64,000 nt of DNA from Methanobacteriota archaeon (GTDB taxonomy: Archaea > Halobacteriota > Bog-38 > Methanoflorentales > Methanoflorentaceae): positions 1,792,001 through 1,856,000 of the forward strand of contig OY970393.1 in assembly GCA_963720465.1 (NCBI GenBank), in the 5' to 3' direction. The position numbers were made by a program, and so were the translations under genes. Numbering within the stretch: the first letter of the stretch is position 1; every line of letters begins with the position of its first letter. Below are positions 51,095 to 62,745 of this stretch, piece after piece. The notes below the pieces were generated by a model that saw only the letters and a program-made list of their open reading frames with translations, did no database searches and was not told the DNA's origin.

Positions 51095-52230
51095 GTGCTG
51101 CCACCTCGTATCATCTCATCGCTCAGGTAGCAGCTTGGATCCGCTCCCCAAAGGTCGCCCATTCTGGATGCTCGCACCCTGCAGCCACCGCATATCTCTA
51201 CATACCTACACGTGCTGCAACGCCCCCTAAGGTGCGATTTTTTGTCACGTAACATCGAGAGGAGTTCATTCTGGCTGTTCCATATGGTGCTCAAGCTGCT
51301 CTGTCGTACGTTGCCCACTGCGCCCTCCCAGAACTGGCAGGGCCGCACGTTTCCATTTGGATCGATGTTGACGATCTTCTGTCCTGCAGAGCAGCCCCCG
51401 TGTGCTGCAAGGAGGGATATCACAGCGCTCTTATCGGCACTTTCGATCGAATTTAGTATATAGATGCCATCTGCGTGATTGTCGGTGGTGAGTACCTCGA
51501 TTCCGTGGTCTGCAAGCGTTTTCGTTCGTTGAATGAGGTAGTCCATCATCTCAACTCGCTTCTCGTTGGTGATATCCATCTCGGCACTTGCCCTCCCTGC
51601 GTACACGAGATGATACAAGCAAAAGCGGGGGATCTGGTGCCTAATAAGAAGATCGGTAACTGCAGGCAGGTCGGGGGCGTTGTGCCGGTTGACCGTGAAC
51701 CGTATGCCCGTTTTTATGCCCGCATCTTTCGCGTTTTTCAGTCCTTCAAGTGCTTTCCTAAACGCTCCTCTCTCATTTCTAAACCTGTCGTGCGTCGCTT
51801 CCACCCCGTCAATGCTCACGCCGACATACGAAACGCCCGCTTCTGCGATCCTTCGAGCGTAATCTTGTGTGATAAGGGTTCCATTGGTAGAGAGGCCAAC
51901 TCTCAGTCCTTTCGAGACAGCATATGCGCAGAGCTCAACGGTATCACGTCTTATGAGCGGCTCGCCCCCGGAAAAAAGCATGACAGGGGGGTGCAAGGTC
52001 GCGGCATCATCTATGAGCCTGAGTGCTTCATCCGTGTTCAGCTCATCGGCAGCAGCTGCATTAGCCGCATCAATATAGCAGTGCGAGCACGCGAGGTTGC
52101 ACTTTTTTGTAACGCTCCATACGATGACCGGTCCGTGGTTCCCAGCATAATGGAGCTGTCGACTTGCTTCGATTGGACGTGACGAGTCTACACTAGCGGT
52201 TCTGAGTAACAGGTTCGTGCATCCTATCAT
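51091..52230 (-). CDS. ahbC: Radical SAM/SPASM 12,18-didecarboxysiroheme deacetylase
   Basis: CNLACSHCY, CLYHLVYAGR, TTDNHADG, PCQFW. Confidence 0.85.
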   Translation of the reverse strand: MIGCTNLLLRTASVDSSRPIEASRQLHYAGNHGPVIVWSVTKKCNLACSHCYIDAANAAAADELNTDEALRLIDDAATLHPPVMLFSGGEPLIRRDTVELCAYAVSKGLRVGLSTNGTLITQDYARRIAEAGVSYVGVSIDGVEATHDRFRNERGAFRKALEGLKNAKDAGIKTGIRFTVNRHNAPDLPAVTDLLIRHQIPRFCLYHLVYAGRASAEMDITNEKRVEMMDYLIQRTKTLADHGIEVLTTDNHADGIYILNSIESADKSAVISLLAAHGGCSAGQKIVNIDPNGNVRPCQFWEGAVGNVRQSSLSTIWNSQNELLSMLRDKKSHLRGRCSTCRYVEICGGCRVRASRMGDLWGADPSCYLSDEMIRGGST

Positions 52231-52422
52231 CTACTATAACCGTACAGACCCTGCGCTCGTATTAATAGTTTAGTAGACGAGGCGTTGAATTGATTCAGGT
52301 TCACTGACTAGCAGATTCTGACCTTGCCTGATGAGGTTTCTTAACGGCACGTTCCTATTATCGAATGCTAGTATGACGAAAAACTAATAGATCAAGCTGC
52401 ACAGACGTTCTTCAAGATCAAC

Positions 52423-53229
52423 ATGGCAAAGGAGAGACTCACGCTAGCCGAATCCACGACTTTCGTTGGTAAGAAAGTCGTAGTCACCGGTGCTGCTTCC
52501 GGCATAGGAAAAGCAATCGCTCTACGATTCGCCGAAGCTGGAGCATCTGTGTCACTTCTAGACGTTAACCCGGAAGGACTTTCTAAAACGGTTGGCTGTT
52601 TAGAAACCGCCCGCTGCCAGCATTCTACCTATGAAATTGACCTGGCTGACAAGAAGAGAATCGATCAGTTTTGGGCTAGTCTCGACGCCGAAAGCCCGCC
52701 CGATATTCTCGTAAACAACGCCGGCGTTTATCCTATGGAGGGCTACTTGGACGTCGACGAGGAATTCCTAGAAAAAGTGTTTAACGTAAATATGAACTCC
52801 GCTTTCTGGATGTGTCAGAACTTCATTCGGTTGAGAAAGGAAAGGGGGGGCATCATCGTCAACGTCTCTTCCATTGAGGCAGTTCTGCCGTTCAAAAAGG
52901 ACATGGTGCACTATGGCATGAGTAAGGCAGGCGTAATCGCACTCACGAGATCGCTCGCTCGAGACTACGGAAAAAGCGGCTTTCGGGTCAATGTCGTTCT
53001 TCCGGGCGCCATAAGAACGTCAGGGACGAGGTCATTAGTGAAAGATGCCATTCTCAACGTAAAGCTAGATCTCGTCAAGAGCGGATATGATTTTCAGCAA
53101 AGGCTTGCTGTTGGACGATGGGGTGAACCTGATGAGGTAGCAAAAGTCGTTCTCTTTCTTTCCAGTGACTTGGCAAGCTATGTTCAAGGCGCAATCGTCC
53201 CCGTTGACGGGGGCTTCCTTTCTTCCTAG
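52423..53229 (+). CDS. Short-chain dehydrogenase/reductase
   Basis: TGAASGIG, NNAG, YGMSK, VDGG. Confidence 0.92.
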   Translation: MAKERLTLAESTTFVGKKVVVTGAASGIGKAIALRFAEAGASVSLLDVNPEGLSKTVGCLETARCQHSTYEIDLADKKRIDQFWASLDAESPPDILVNNAGVYPMEGYLDVDEEFLEKVFNVNMNSAFWMCQNFIRLRKERGGIIVNVSSIEAVLPFKKDMVHYGMSKAGVIALTRSLARDYGKSGFRVNVVLPGAIRTSGTRSLVKDAILNVKLDLVKSGYDFQQRLAVGRWGEPDEVAKVVLFLSSDLASYVQGAIVPVDGGFLSS

Positions 53230-53486
53230 GAGCACGCTCTAAAATCGGAGAGCACGACTGATACGAACATCAACGGCAAGCTAGTGCCAAACATCAAAGA
53301 ACACAAGTCTCATCAGGGGGACGAGATAGAACTGCTGCGTCTGCCGTTCGTAAATTCCCAAACCGCATCGCATACAGAGCTGGAATACTTTGAGAACGTA
53401 GGCAGGACGAGAAAACGCTCCAGAGCAGCTCGCGCGTACCTATAAGAGTACCGCCCAAAGTTAATTTGTAGAGCAGATTCTTCCGC

Positions 53487-53669
53487 TTAAGACGACTGAG
53501 AGGGCGCGACCGCGCTTCGCGGACCGTTTCGAAAAAACAGAAACCAAATCAGAACGAGCACCAGTGCCGCGAGTATTAACCACGGAAGCAAGCGGAGGAA
53601 TATGATGAATGCTACAAGAAGGATTGCCACAACAAGTGCGAGCACGATAAGATCTGATAGAGCGCCCAT
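53487..53669 (-). CDS. 60-aa two-TM microprotein (family member 2)
   Basis: MGALSDLIVLALVV...LIWFLFFRNGPRSAVA; start reassigned by comparison with member 1. Confidence 0.75.
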   Translation of the reverse strand: MGALSDLIVLALVVAILLVAFIIFLRLLPWLILAALVLVLIWFLFFRNGPRSAVAPSQSS

Positions 53670-53759
53670 CACAGAATAGAAGCGACCCCTCGATACATAG
53701 CTGTTTGTCACACATTTTTTCACTTCTCATCGTCGTTTCGAATGCATACCGGCGATGTT

Positions 53760-54100
53760 CCACACCGCGATGACGAAACGATCTCTTTGAGGCGCTCGAA
53801 TGCTTCCTGCCCGATTCTCAAGATGTTTCCCAGGTTTTCGCTGCGCTGGCCATCCTCGCGTCCGTGTCTGCTGCGGTTTCAGCGGTGCAAAAGCTCCCAA
53901 CGGCTGAAAACACCTTGATCGATTCGTAGAGCATCGCAGCTGTGTTTCGAAACTCGTCTCTCGTCACGCCTGCTGTTTATTGAGGAATCGCGCGTATATG
54001 TAGCGAAAACATGCCCCACACGTACCAGCGATTTTGATGAGGACGTGCAGGTTGAACAGGTTCACCCAGAGCGTCCGGTCGTCGTCGGCGTAGGCCGGTG
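53760..54100 (-). pseudogene. Decayed 3' fragment resembling BtrH/DUF4872-type proteins
   Basis: NLFNLHVLIKIAGTCGACFRYIYARFL followed by frameshifted helical segments. Confidence 0.45.
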
Positions 54101-54136
54101 ATTATTCAAAAAAGAGTGGCGGCTGCGCACAAGGTT

Positions 54137-54736
54137 TCAGAGAACGTATGGAATAAGCCGCTTCGTTCTCTTCGCGTACGCCACGTATTCATCGCCAAGC
54201 TTCGATGTTAAAACCCTTTCCTCCACGTGAATCCGGTAGCCGAAAGCCATCCCGAAAAAAGCTATGAGCACGAGCACGGCCCCCCACGACTGCAGCACAA
54301 ACCCCAGCCCGACCATGGTGAGGAGCGACCCGGTATACGCGGGATGGCGGACTAATCGATACGGCCCGCGGTCAACCACCGCCTGACCTTCTTGAACGCC
54401 GACCGTCCGCGAGAAATAACGCCCCAGCACGGCAATTGACCACTGTCGAAGCACAATACCCGCGATCATCAGGCCGATCCCGAGATAGAAAGCCCAGCTT
54501 GGCAACGATGCAATACCAGAAGAGGCAAAGAGGAAGGCTATCACAAGGGACACAAACATGCTCAGTGCTATCAGTGGGCGCGAACTCTTGTCTTCGTATC
54601 TGATCGGGGCGCCGCGGCGACGCGAGTGTGGGATAATGCCCCCAACTACGAGCTCGCTCAACAGCCACACCGCGTAAACGACAAAGAATATTGAAGCTGC
54701 AGTCGTCGTTGGGAATAGCTCTGCTAAATAGACCAT
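54137..54736 (-). CDS. Isoprenylcysteine carboxylmethyltransferase family membrane protein
   Basis: GPYRLVRHPAYTG, RIHVEE, EYVAY...TKRLIP. Confidence 0.9.
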   Translation of the reverse strand: MVYLAELFPTTTAASIFFVVYAVWLLSELVVGGIIPHSRRRGAPIRYEDKSSRPLIALSMFVSLVIAFLFASSGIASLPSWAFYLGIGLMIAGIVLRQWSIAVLGRYFSRTVGVQEGQAVVDRGPYRLVRHPAYTGSLLTMVGLGFVLQSWGAVLVLIAFFGMAFGYRIHVEERVLTSKLGDEYVAYAKRTKRLIPYVL

Positions 54737-54902
54737 CTTATCTCTGCTGGGCTGTCTTATTCTCCTTCAATATCCACTTATCGCCATATCCAGTTGCTTG
54801 TCCGCTCCTCCGCAACGTCAGCACGTTCGTCAAGTCTATTCGCTATCATGAGCGAAGTCCGTTACGGGGTCTCCGTTTCGGCTGAAGAAACAAAGCGCGA
54901 AT

Positions 54903-55069
54903 CTAATAAGCAACCGGTCTTCGAGGATTTCGGAAAAACAAGACCCACACTACAAGTGCACCAGCGCGACAAGCATAAACAACCGAAGCAAGTGGGTGAT
55001 TACAATGATCGCTAGGAGCAAGATACTAGGGATCAGTACTATGACGAGAAGATCTGATAGTATGCCTAT
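54903..55069 (-). pseudogene. Two-TM microprotein family member 3 (ATA in place of ATG, frameshift)
   Basis: IGILSDLLVIVL...THLL...[fs]LVVWVLFFRNPRRPVAY*. Confidence 0.7.
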
Positions 55070-55217
55070 TACGTAATAGAAACTGCCGTCAGGAGTGATA
55101 ACTATTTGTTATCGCCGGTTAGTACGCGCACCGCCACGCCGTCTTGCCACCGATCGTAATTGACACCCTCCGTCCCGCGAGGGCGCATCGCAGCCAGAAT
55201 ACCAAGTCATATGGAAC

Positions 55218-55994
55218 TCAGCCAAACCTGCGAACGAGTGGAAGAAAAATCCATTCCCATTTAGGAGCGACGTATCTCCGCTTTGGTCGCCGGGATTCGA
55301 CCGCCTTAACAACTTGTTTTGCAATGCTACCCGTGTCTTGTACCTCGCGCTTTATCAGTCGCTCTCCCCCTTCGCGGACGTATCCCATGCGATCTTTATA
55401 GAGCCCATTTACGTCCATCCACTCGTATTTTTTCGCTAGGTTTTTCTGATTGAAGCCTGTGTTATACCCTCCGGGGTTGATGAGAATCACTTTGATGCCA
55501 AATGGTTTCAGTTCGGTTCGCAAAGAGGACGCGACACTTTCGAGGGCAGATTTTGTCATGGCATATGGTGCGTAAAATGGCATGGGAATAAGGCCTGCCA
55601 TTGAGCCCATGAATACAATGCGTCCTCCACCCTTTGCGATCATCTGAGGCAATGCTTTCTGCGTCAGTCGCAGCGCTGAAAACACGTTTGTCTCAAACAC
55701 GGCGCTTATTCGTTGAGGGTCTATTTCGGCCAACGGGCCGGAATCGCCGATAGCGGCGTTGTTGATTAAGACATCGATATCCCACTCATCGACCTTGTAG
55801 ATGTCGTTTACTGCAGTGACGTCGAGTTTTTCTACCACAAAGTTCTCGCCGAACGACGTCAAAACAGTTCGCAATTCATCGACTGAGTCCTCCTTGTGAA
55901 CGGTTGCATAGACCCTATGTCCTCTCTTGAGCAGCCTGCACGCCACATCGAGCCCTATGCCCCCTCTGCACCCGGTTATAAGAATACTTGCCAT
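55218..55994 (-). CDS. Short-chain dehydrogenase/reductase
   Basis: TGCRGGIG, NNAA, YAMTK; start set at MASILITG. Confidence 0.9.
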   Translation of the reverse strand: MASILITGCRGGIGLDVACRLLKRGHRVYATVHKEDSVDELRTVLTSFGENFVVEKLDVTAVNDIYKVDEWDIDVLINNAAIGDSGPLAEIDPQRISAVFETNVFSALRLTQKALPQMIAKGGGRIVFMGSMAGLIPMPFYAPYAMTKSALESVASSLRTELKPFGIKVILINPGGYNTGFNQKNLAKKYEWMDVNGLYKDRMGYVREGGERLIKREVQDTGSIAKQVVKAVESRRPKRRYVAPKWEWIFLPLVRRFG

Positions 55995-56120
55995 AATCTG
56001 CCTAACCTCTCGTTTCGGTGGTATTTGAGTAGCTTGTCTTAAGGATACTGACCCGCGGAGCGCAGCGCACAAGGTTGCGGGCATCGCGTACACTCCCCGG
56101 CTTGTGCACGCAGGTGTGAC

Positions 56121-56171
56121 ACAAACGTGCTGTCACGCTTTCCCATACAAACGTGCTGTCACGCTTTCCCA
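56121..56171 (+). repeat. Tandem duplication (25-bp unit, period 26) in the microprotein promoter region
   Basis: ACAAACGTGCTGTCACGCTTTCCCA at 56121 and 56147. Confidence 0.9.
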
Positions 56172-56227
56172 CACAATCCCTGTCTCACGCGGCCTTATGA
56201 AACTACTCTGAGCAGGGTAGCTTGGAG

Positions 56228-56395
56228 ATGAACCTTATGGCAACGAACGTAACGAGCATAAAAAACGGCGCCTGTCTGTATGGCCTTCGCTTCGGCTGCG
56301 TGAACACGACCAACGATCCGAACTGCAACAAGTGTGCAGAGCGCCTCGCCAACGCCGTGAACAGCGTGCTTCGACCGACGCACGGAAGAGCTTGA
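56228..56395 (+). CDS. 55-aa four-Cys microprotein (not in track)
   Basis: MNLMATNVTSIKNGACLYGLRFGCVNTTNDPNCNKCAERLANAVNSVLRPTHGRA; peptide-level conservation with the split copy at 44-45 kb. Confidence 0.7.
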   Translation: MNLMATNVTSIKNGACLYGLRFGCVNTTNDPNCNKCAERLANAVNSVLRPTHGRA

Positions 56396-56826
56396 GCGAA
56401 TAATGAGTTCCCAAAACGTTCATTTCACGGTGAATATGGCCACAGCAACGAGTCATATGAGGCGCGGGGCACGCGTGACTACCTAGTTTTTGCGGCGTCA
56501 TTGGCGTATTGGCTTGCCCTGCGCCAGCAGCGGAGGCAGGCACCGCTCATCATGCCACTCGTGGTGGGTGTTGGCCGGGGCGTTGGTCTTCGCGGTCGCG
56601 TTGTGTCGAGGCACCCAAGCCCGTTCCACGCGCAGAATGTGACAGGCTGGTTGGTGACCCATTTGCTGCTGGCGATAACCCACTACCTAGGAGATCTCGC
56701 GAGGGGGCTGTCCAGCCTAGGGGGATCCGACTTCCTGTAGGTTCTCACTTTTTTTGGCCCCAATCAAAGGGCCACCTTCTTAGGCGTCGCATTTTATATA
56801 AGTCGTCAATTTGACGCTGTAACGCC

Positions 56827-57207
56827 TCAGACTCGCCCCAAAGACGTTAAGTTCCCAAAGAAGAGGTTTCCTATGCTAACGCCGAGCAGCGCTAATGCAA
56901 CTGCAACCACGATGACGATGATGACGATGACTACAAGCGCGATAACTTCAGCGATTGCGAGAACGAATCCAAACCGTATGCCAAATTCGATGAGTCTCCC
57001 AATGCCAAGGTGCATCAACTCATCGAGTGCGTTACGGGGTGGCTCGGGCAGCTCGGCGCTTGGCCCGTAGTGCGCGATGTCTTGCTGCTGAGGTTCAGGC
57101 ATTGGCGCATTCTGTGGTAGTGGTTCGCCACATCGTCTGCAAAATTCAGCGTTTGCGTCGTTAATGGTCATGCATTTTTCACACATCGTGCGGTCTGCTT
57201 CTTCCAT
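56827..57207 (-). CDS. Zinc-ribbon membrane protein
   Basis: CEKC...FCRRCG, Pro-rich linker, long C-terminal TM. Confidence 0.8.
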   Translation of the reverse strand: MEEADRTMCEKCMTINDANAEFCRRCGEPLPQNAPMPEPQQQDIAHYGPSAELPEPPRNALDELMHLGIGRLIEFGIRFGFVLAIAEVIALVVIVIIVIVVAVALALLGVSIGNLFFGNLTSLGRV

Positions 57208-57236
57208 GTTTCCAGATCCTGTGGATTATTTTCGGC

Positions 57237-57983
57237 TTAACGGTTTTCTTTTTCGGACCGAATATCCGAGACCAAAAATCGACCCTGGGCGGGTAATCGC
57301 AACGTCAGCAATTCGACTTGCTTCTGCAGGGTCTCCTTATCGGCTTTCAATTCGAGCGAGTGGCCCTTCTCAACTTGTAGTGCCGCTTCGAGGCTTGCTT
57401 TGTCCTTTTCCAGGAGTTCAACGCGGTGCTGCAGGTCAATCACACCCGTTTGGTGCGAGGCTTCTGATTCCCGCCGCTGTTCCATCAAAGCGCGGTTGCG
57501 CTCTCCAGATTCTTTCAGATTAGCATCGAGCTTCTGCGTAACACTTTCAAGTTCTTCGAGCGAGTTCTCCAGCTGTTGGATACTCGCAGAACGGTCTGCC
57601 TTAAGCTGTCGCATTTGCTTCTCACAGTCGGCGCGGATTTGCTGTATCTCAGCATCATGCTCAGTGATAAGTTTCTCAATCTTTTTCTCGTGTTCAGCGC
57701 GCACGCGTTGTACTATATTTGCGCTTTCCGCACGCTGATTTTGGACTTGTTTTTCGTATTCCGCGCGTTGCAGCTGCAACGCCTCCTCAGAATTGGTTTG
57801 CAGTGCTTCCATTTCACGTCCGTAATCGGCCAATGTTTTTTTCTCTGCGTAGCGCTCTTGGACTATCTGAGCCAAGAATGCCGAGAGCGATTTACTCTCA
57901 GTTGCGGCCTGCTCTTTGAGAAGCGACGCCAAGTCGGACGACAATGCAACCGAATAACGAATCTTTCCGCTTTTTTGCGCCAT
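57237..57983 (-). CDS. RHH plus long coiled-coil protein; C-terminal tail probably frameshifted
   Basis: IRYSVALSSDL...SLSAFLAQIVQE RHH pattern; long E/Q/K/L-rich helix; +1 frame after LPA reads RVDFWSRIFG. Confidence 0.75.
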   Translation of the reverse strand: MAQKSGKIRYSVALSSDLASLLKEQAATESKSLSAFLAQIVQERYAEKKTLADYGREMEALQTNSEEALQLQRAEYEKQVQNQRAESANIVQRVRAEHEKKIEKLITEHDAEIQQIRADCEKQMRQLKADRSASIQQLENSLEELESVTQKLDANLKESGERNRALMEQRRESEASHQTGVIDLQHRVELLEKDKASLEAALQVEKGHSLELKADKETLQKQVELLTLRLPAQGRFLVSDIRSEKENR

Positions 57984-58022
57984 GTACTCCCCTCGTTTGC
58001 TCTTTCAATCTGATGTAAAGTA

Positions 58023-58184
58023 GCTGCAAGTGACTTAAATTGCAGCACAAACACTCTACAGAGCTGCATGCTTGCAGCATTATTATCAATTCCCGAAGTG
58101 ATATAAACGATGTGCGGCGAGGTGCTGCAGATATCCGCTGGAAGTGCCAAAAAATGACTAAAAAGTTGCAGCGCTAGTGCTGCA
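58023..58184. promoter_or_regulatory. Array of seven GCTGCA/TGCAGC hexamers upstream of the RHH gene
   Basis: Sites at 58023, 58041, 58063, 58073, 58124, 58167 and 58179. Confidence 0.7.
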
Positions 58185-58817
58185 GTTCGTGTGGTTACTC
58201 AGAGATGTCGAAGTTCAAAAAAGAACGACGTAGTGAGCTCTAAGGGTCGAAATTAGTATGTCTGTTGTGCGCTGTCCCTCAAGAACTAGGAGAATATAGG
58301 AAAAAAAGGGATAGTTTGTATAAATGGGCGAACAAATCGCAAAAATGTGCACTTCCAGAGGCGAGCAAAAATGGGTGAACGCGTCACGTCGAGAAATCAA
58401 AAAGTGATAAGCCATTTGATTGACCGGTTGGGCAGCAGAATAGGAGGCCGAAAGAAAAGAAAGAAAAGGATAATTTCTATAGAGTAGGCCACACATCCCA
58501 AGAAAAAAATTAACGTTTCCTCTTGTGCGCACGATGCCATCTTGCTAACTGGACGCTCTAGTAATAATCAATCGGCTGGGTTTGTCAAAGCACTCGTGTA
58601 GCTGCTCCTGTCGAATGTTTCTTTATCAACAAATGTTCTTGATTATTTACGAAACGATGTTTCGGCCTTATTTTTCAGGTCATCTACCGGCCGCCTTTGA
58701 TGCACTCATCGTTAAGGGTCTTCCTAGCAGAGCAAAGAATCGAGCTCGAATAAGAATCTTTATGCTGCGGCTTGTTTCATACCCAATACAAATTCCGCAA
58801 TGCGGGGGGGGATCTAA

Positions 58818-59387
58818 GTGAGCAGTGAACCGAGTCGCTTGCAGGTATTTTTCACGGTGCTGTTGGGATATGGCGTGGCACGCCCTTACAAGCGCTACGT
58901 AGAGAGCTTCGGTCTGACAGGCAATGAGGTGGTGCTGGATTATGGATCTGGCTCGGGTCGCATATCACGACACATTGCCGAACGCCTGTTGCCAGGTAAG
59001 GGCCACTTGACGTGCGTCGATGTTTCTAAAGTATGGATGGAGACCATACAAAAAAGGCTGAAAAAGTACCCCAATGTGGACTATCAGCTTGGTGACATTG
59101 CTGCACTTGACATAGCTGATAACGCCTATGACATTGTTGTCGTGCACTTCGTGTTGCACCACGTAGAGATGGACCAGCGGCAAGAAAAAGTGGAGATATT
59201 GGTGCGAAAGTTGAAGCCGCGCGGCAGACTGTTTATTCGCGAGCCGACTCGAGCGGAGCATGGCGCACCGACAGCTGAAATCCGCGCCCTGATGTCTGCG
59301 GCAGGGCTCCACGAGCGCGAGAGCCGAATGACCAGATCGTTGATGGGCGAAGTCTTTGAAGGAGTGTTCGACAAGGCCTCGGTGTAA
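58818..59387 (+). CDS. Class I SAM-dependent methyltransferase
   Basis: VLDYGSGSG, YDIVV..FVLHH, LKPRG. Confidence 0.88.
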   Translation: MSSEPSRLQVFFTVLLGYGVARPYKRYVESFGLTGNEVVLDYGSGSGRISRHIAERLLPGKGHLTCVDVSKVWMETIQKRLKKYPNVDYQLGDIAALDIADNAYDIVVVHFVLHHVEMDQRQEKVEILVRKLKPRGRLFIREPTRAEHGAPTAEIRALMSAAGLHERESRMTRSLMGEVFEGVFDKASV

Positions 59388-59820
59388 CGTATCCTTCCGC
59401 CCTTAGTGATTTAGCGTCGTTTCCAAGAAACAATCTGTTTCCATTACACGACAAAAGCTAGCCGCAGCGAAACGACAACGCTCAAGCTATATTACCGTCT
59501 TTCACTGGTCCAACTTATTTTTTTGATAACGGTGCAAAAAAGAGAGCTATGTGGGCTGTGGATTACTCAGTAGCGAAGGTTATGCAGAAATAGCCGCCGG
59601 AGAGTTGCCCTTCACAGATAGCAAGATCGTGGTAGCTTAGGCTTCATGCAACTGCTCGCGGATATCCCGTAAAGTGGAGCGGGGAAAAAGAAGGCAGAGT
59701 ACTGATGACCACGCGTGTGACGGTTTCGAACCTTGAGCGAACTCACAAGGAGTACGCGTCTCCAGACTTTGGGTCGGCACTCGGTCCATGTCTGCTCGCT
59801 TTGACTAATTTCACGACTTA

Positions 59821-61947
<2,127 letters not shown>

Positions 61948-62063
61948 AGGTACCTCAGAAGTAGGCTAGTGTCGCGACGAAATAAAGCGCCACTGACGAT
62001 GCGTAACCCTCTGGGAGTACGCACGCTATGCAGCGTGCTCGCTGAAATACCGGAACGCCGATC

Positions 62064-62465
62064 TTAAGCGATCTTGTTTCCCGCGTTGGGTCCAGGGGCG
62101 ACGTCAAACACGTCGGTGACCTTCATGACGATGCAGCCTTTTGCCGGCAAGTTGGCGTTCATCGCCTTTATGACCTGCTTTATCGTCTCGTAGTCGGGGC
62201 CGTCAGTCACGTAGTTGCCCGTGCCCTTCACCTGATAGCCCTCCCTTCCGATCCACGACGTGACGGCTACGTTGCAGTTCGCTTTCTTCGCATTTTCAGC
62301 CGTCTTTTTGAAGAAGTTGTCGCCGATAAGGATCGTTTCGGGATCGCGCACGACGATCGACGCTACGGGAACCGCGTTAGGTACGCCCGCATCGCTTACC
62401 GTCGTTACCACGACGGCATTCATCGCTCTGATATTCTCTATTACTTTTTCTGGCATTGCGACCAT
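62064..62465 (-). CDS. Pyridoxamine 5'-phosphate oxidase-like FMN-binding protein
   Basis: G.PNAVP, DNFFKKT..N, GYQVKG, PGPNAG. Confidence 0.85.
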   Translation of the reverse strand: MVAMPEKVIENIRAMNAVVVTTVSDAGVPNAVPVASIVVRDPETILIGDNFFKKTAENAKKANCNVAVTSWIGREGYQVKGTGNYVTDGPDYETIKQVIKAMNANLPAKGCIVMKVTDVFDVAPGPNAGNKIA

Positions 62466-62745
62466 TCGACATGCCTCCTTTACCTACTCATGAAAGGGTC
62501 AACGATATACCCCTTTTCCTTGCAACGGGGCCCGCGCCAGGGGGGGTGTTTATGTTGTGTCACATAACAGTGCGACGAGCTGAACAGCAGACCACACCTT
62601 TTTTTGGGGCGGGGGCTTTGAACTGCCAGGGCCCTGTACGCAAGCCGCTTTGAAAGTAAAAGATCGTAACGCGTACCGCGCTGAAATACTACAAAAAGGT
62701 AGTTTTATTTGCTTGACTGCTCACGTTTAAGACATACGGCAAGGT

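Noticed and set aside
56470-56740. GC-rich segment with several short overlapping ORFs
   Set aside because: No frame gives a recognisable protein and I found no convincing RNA fold; possibly decayed coding DNA.
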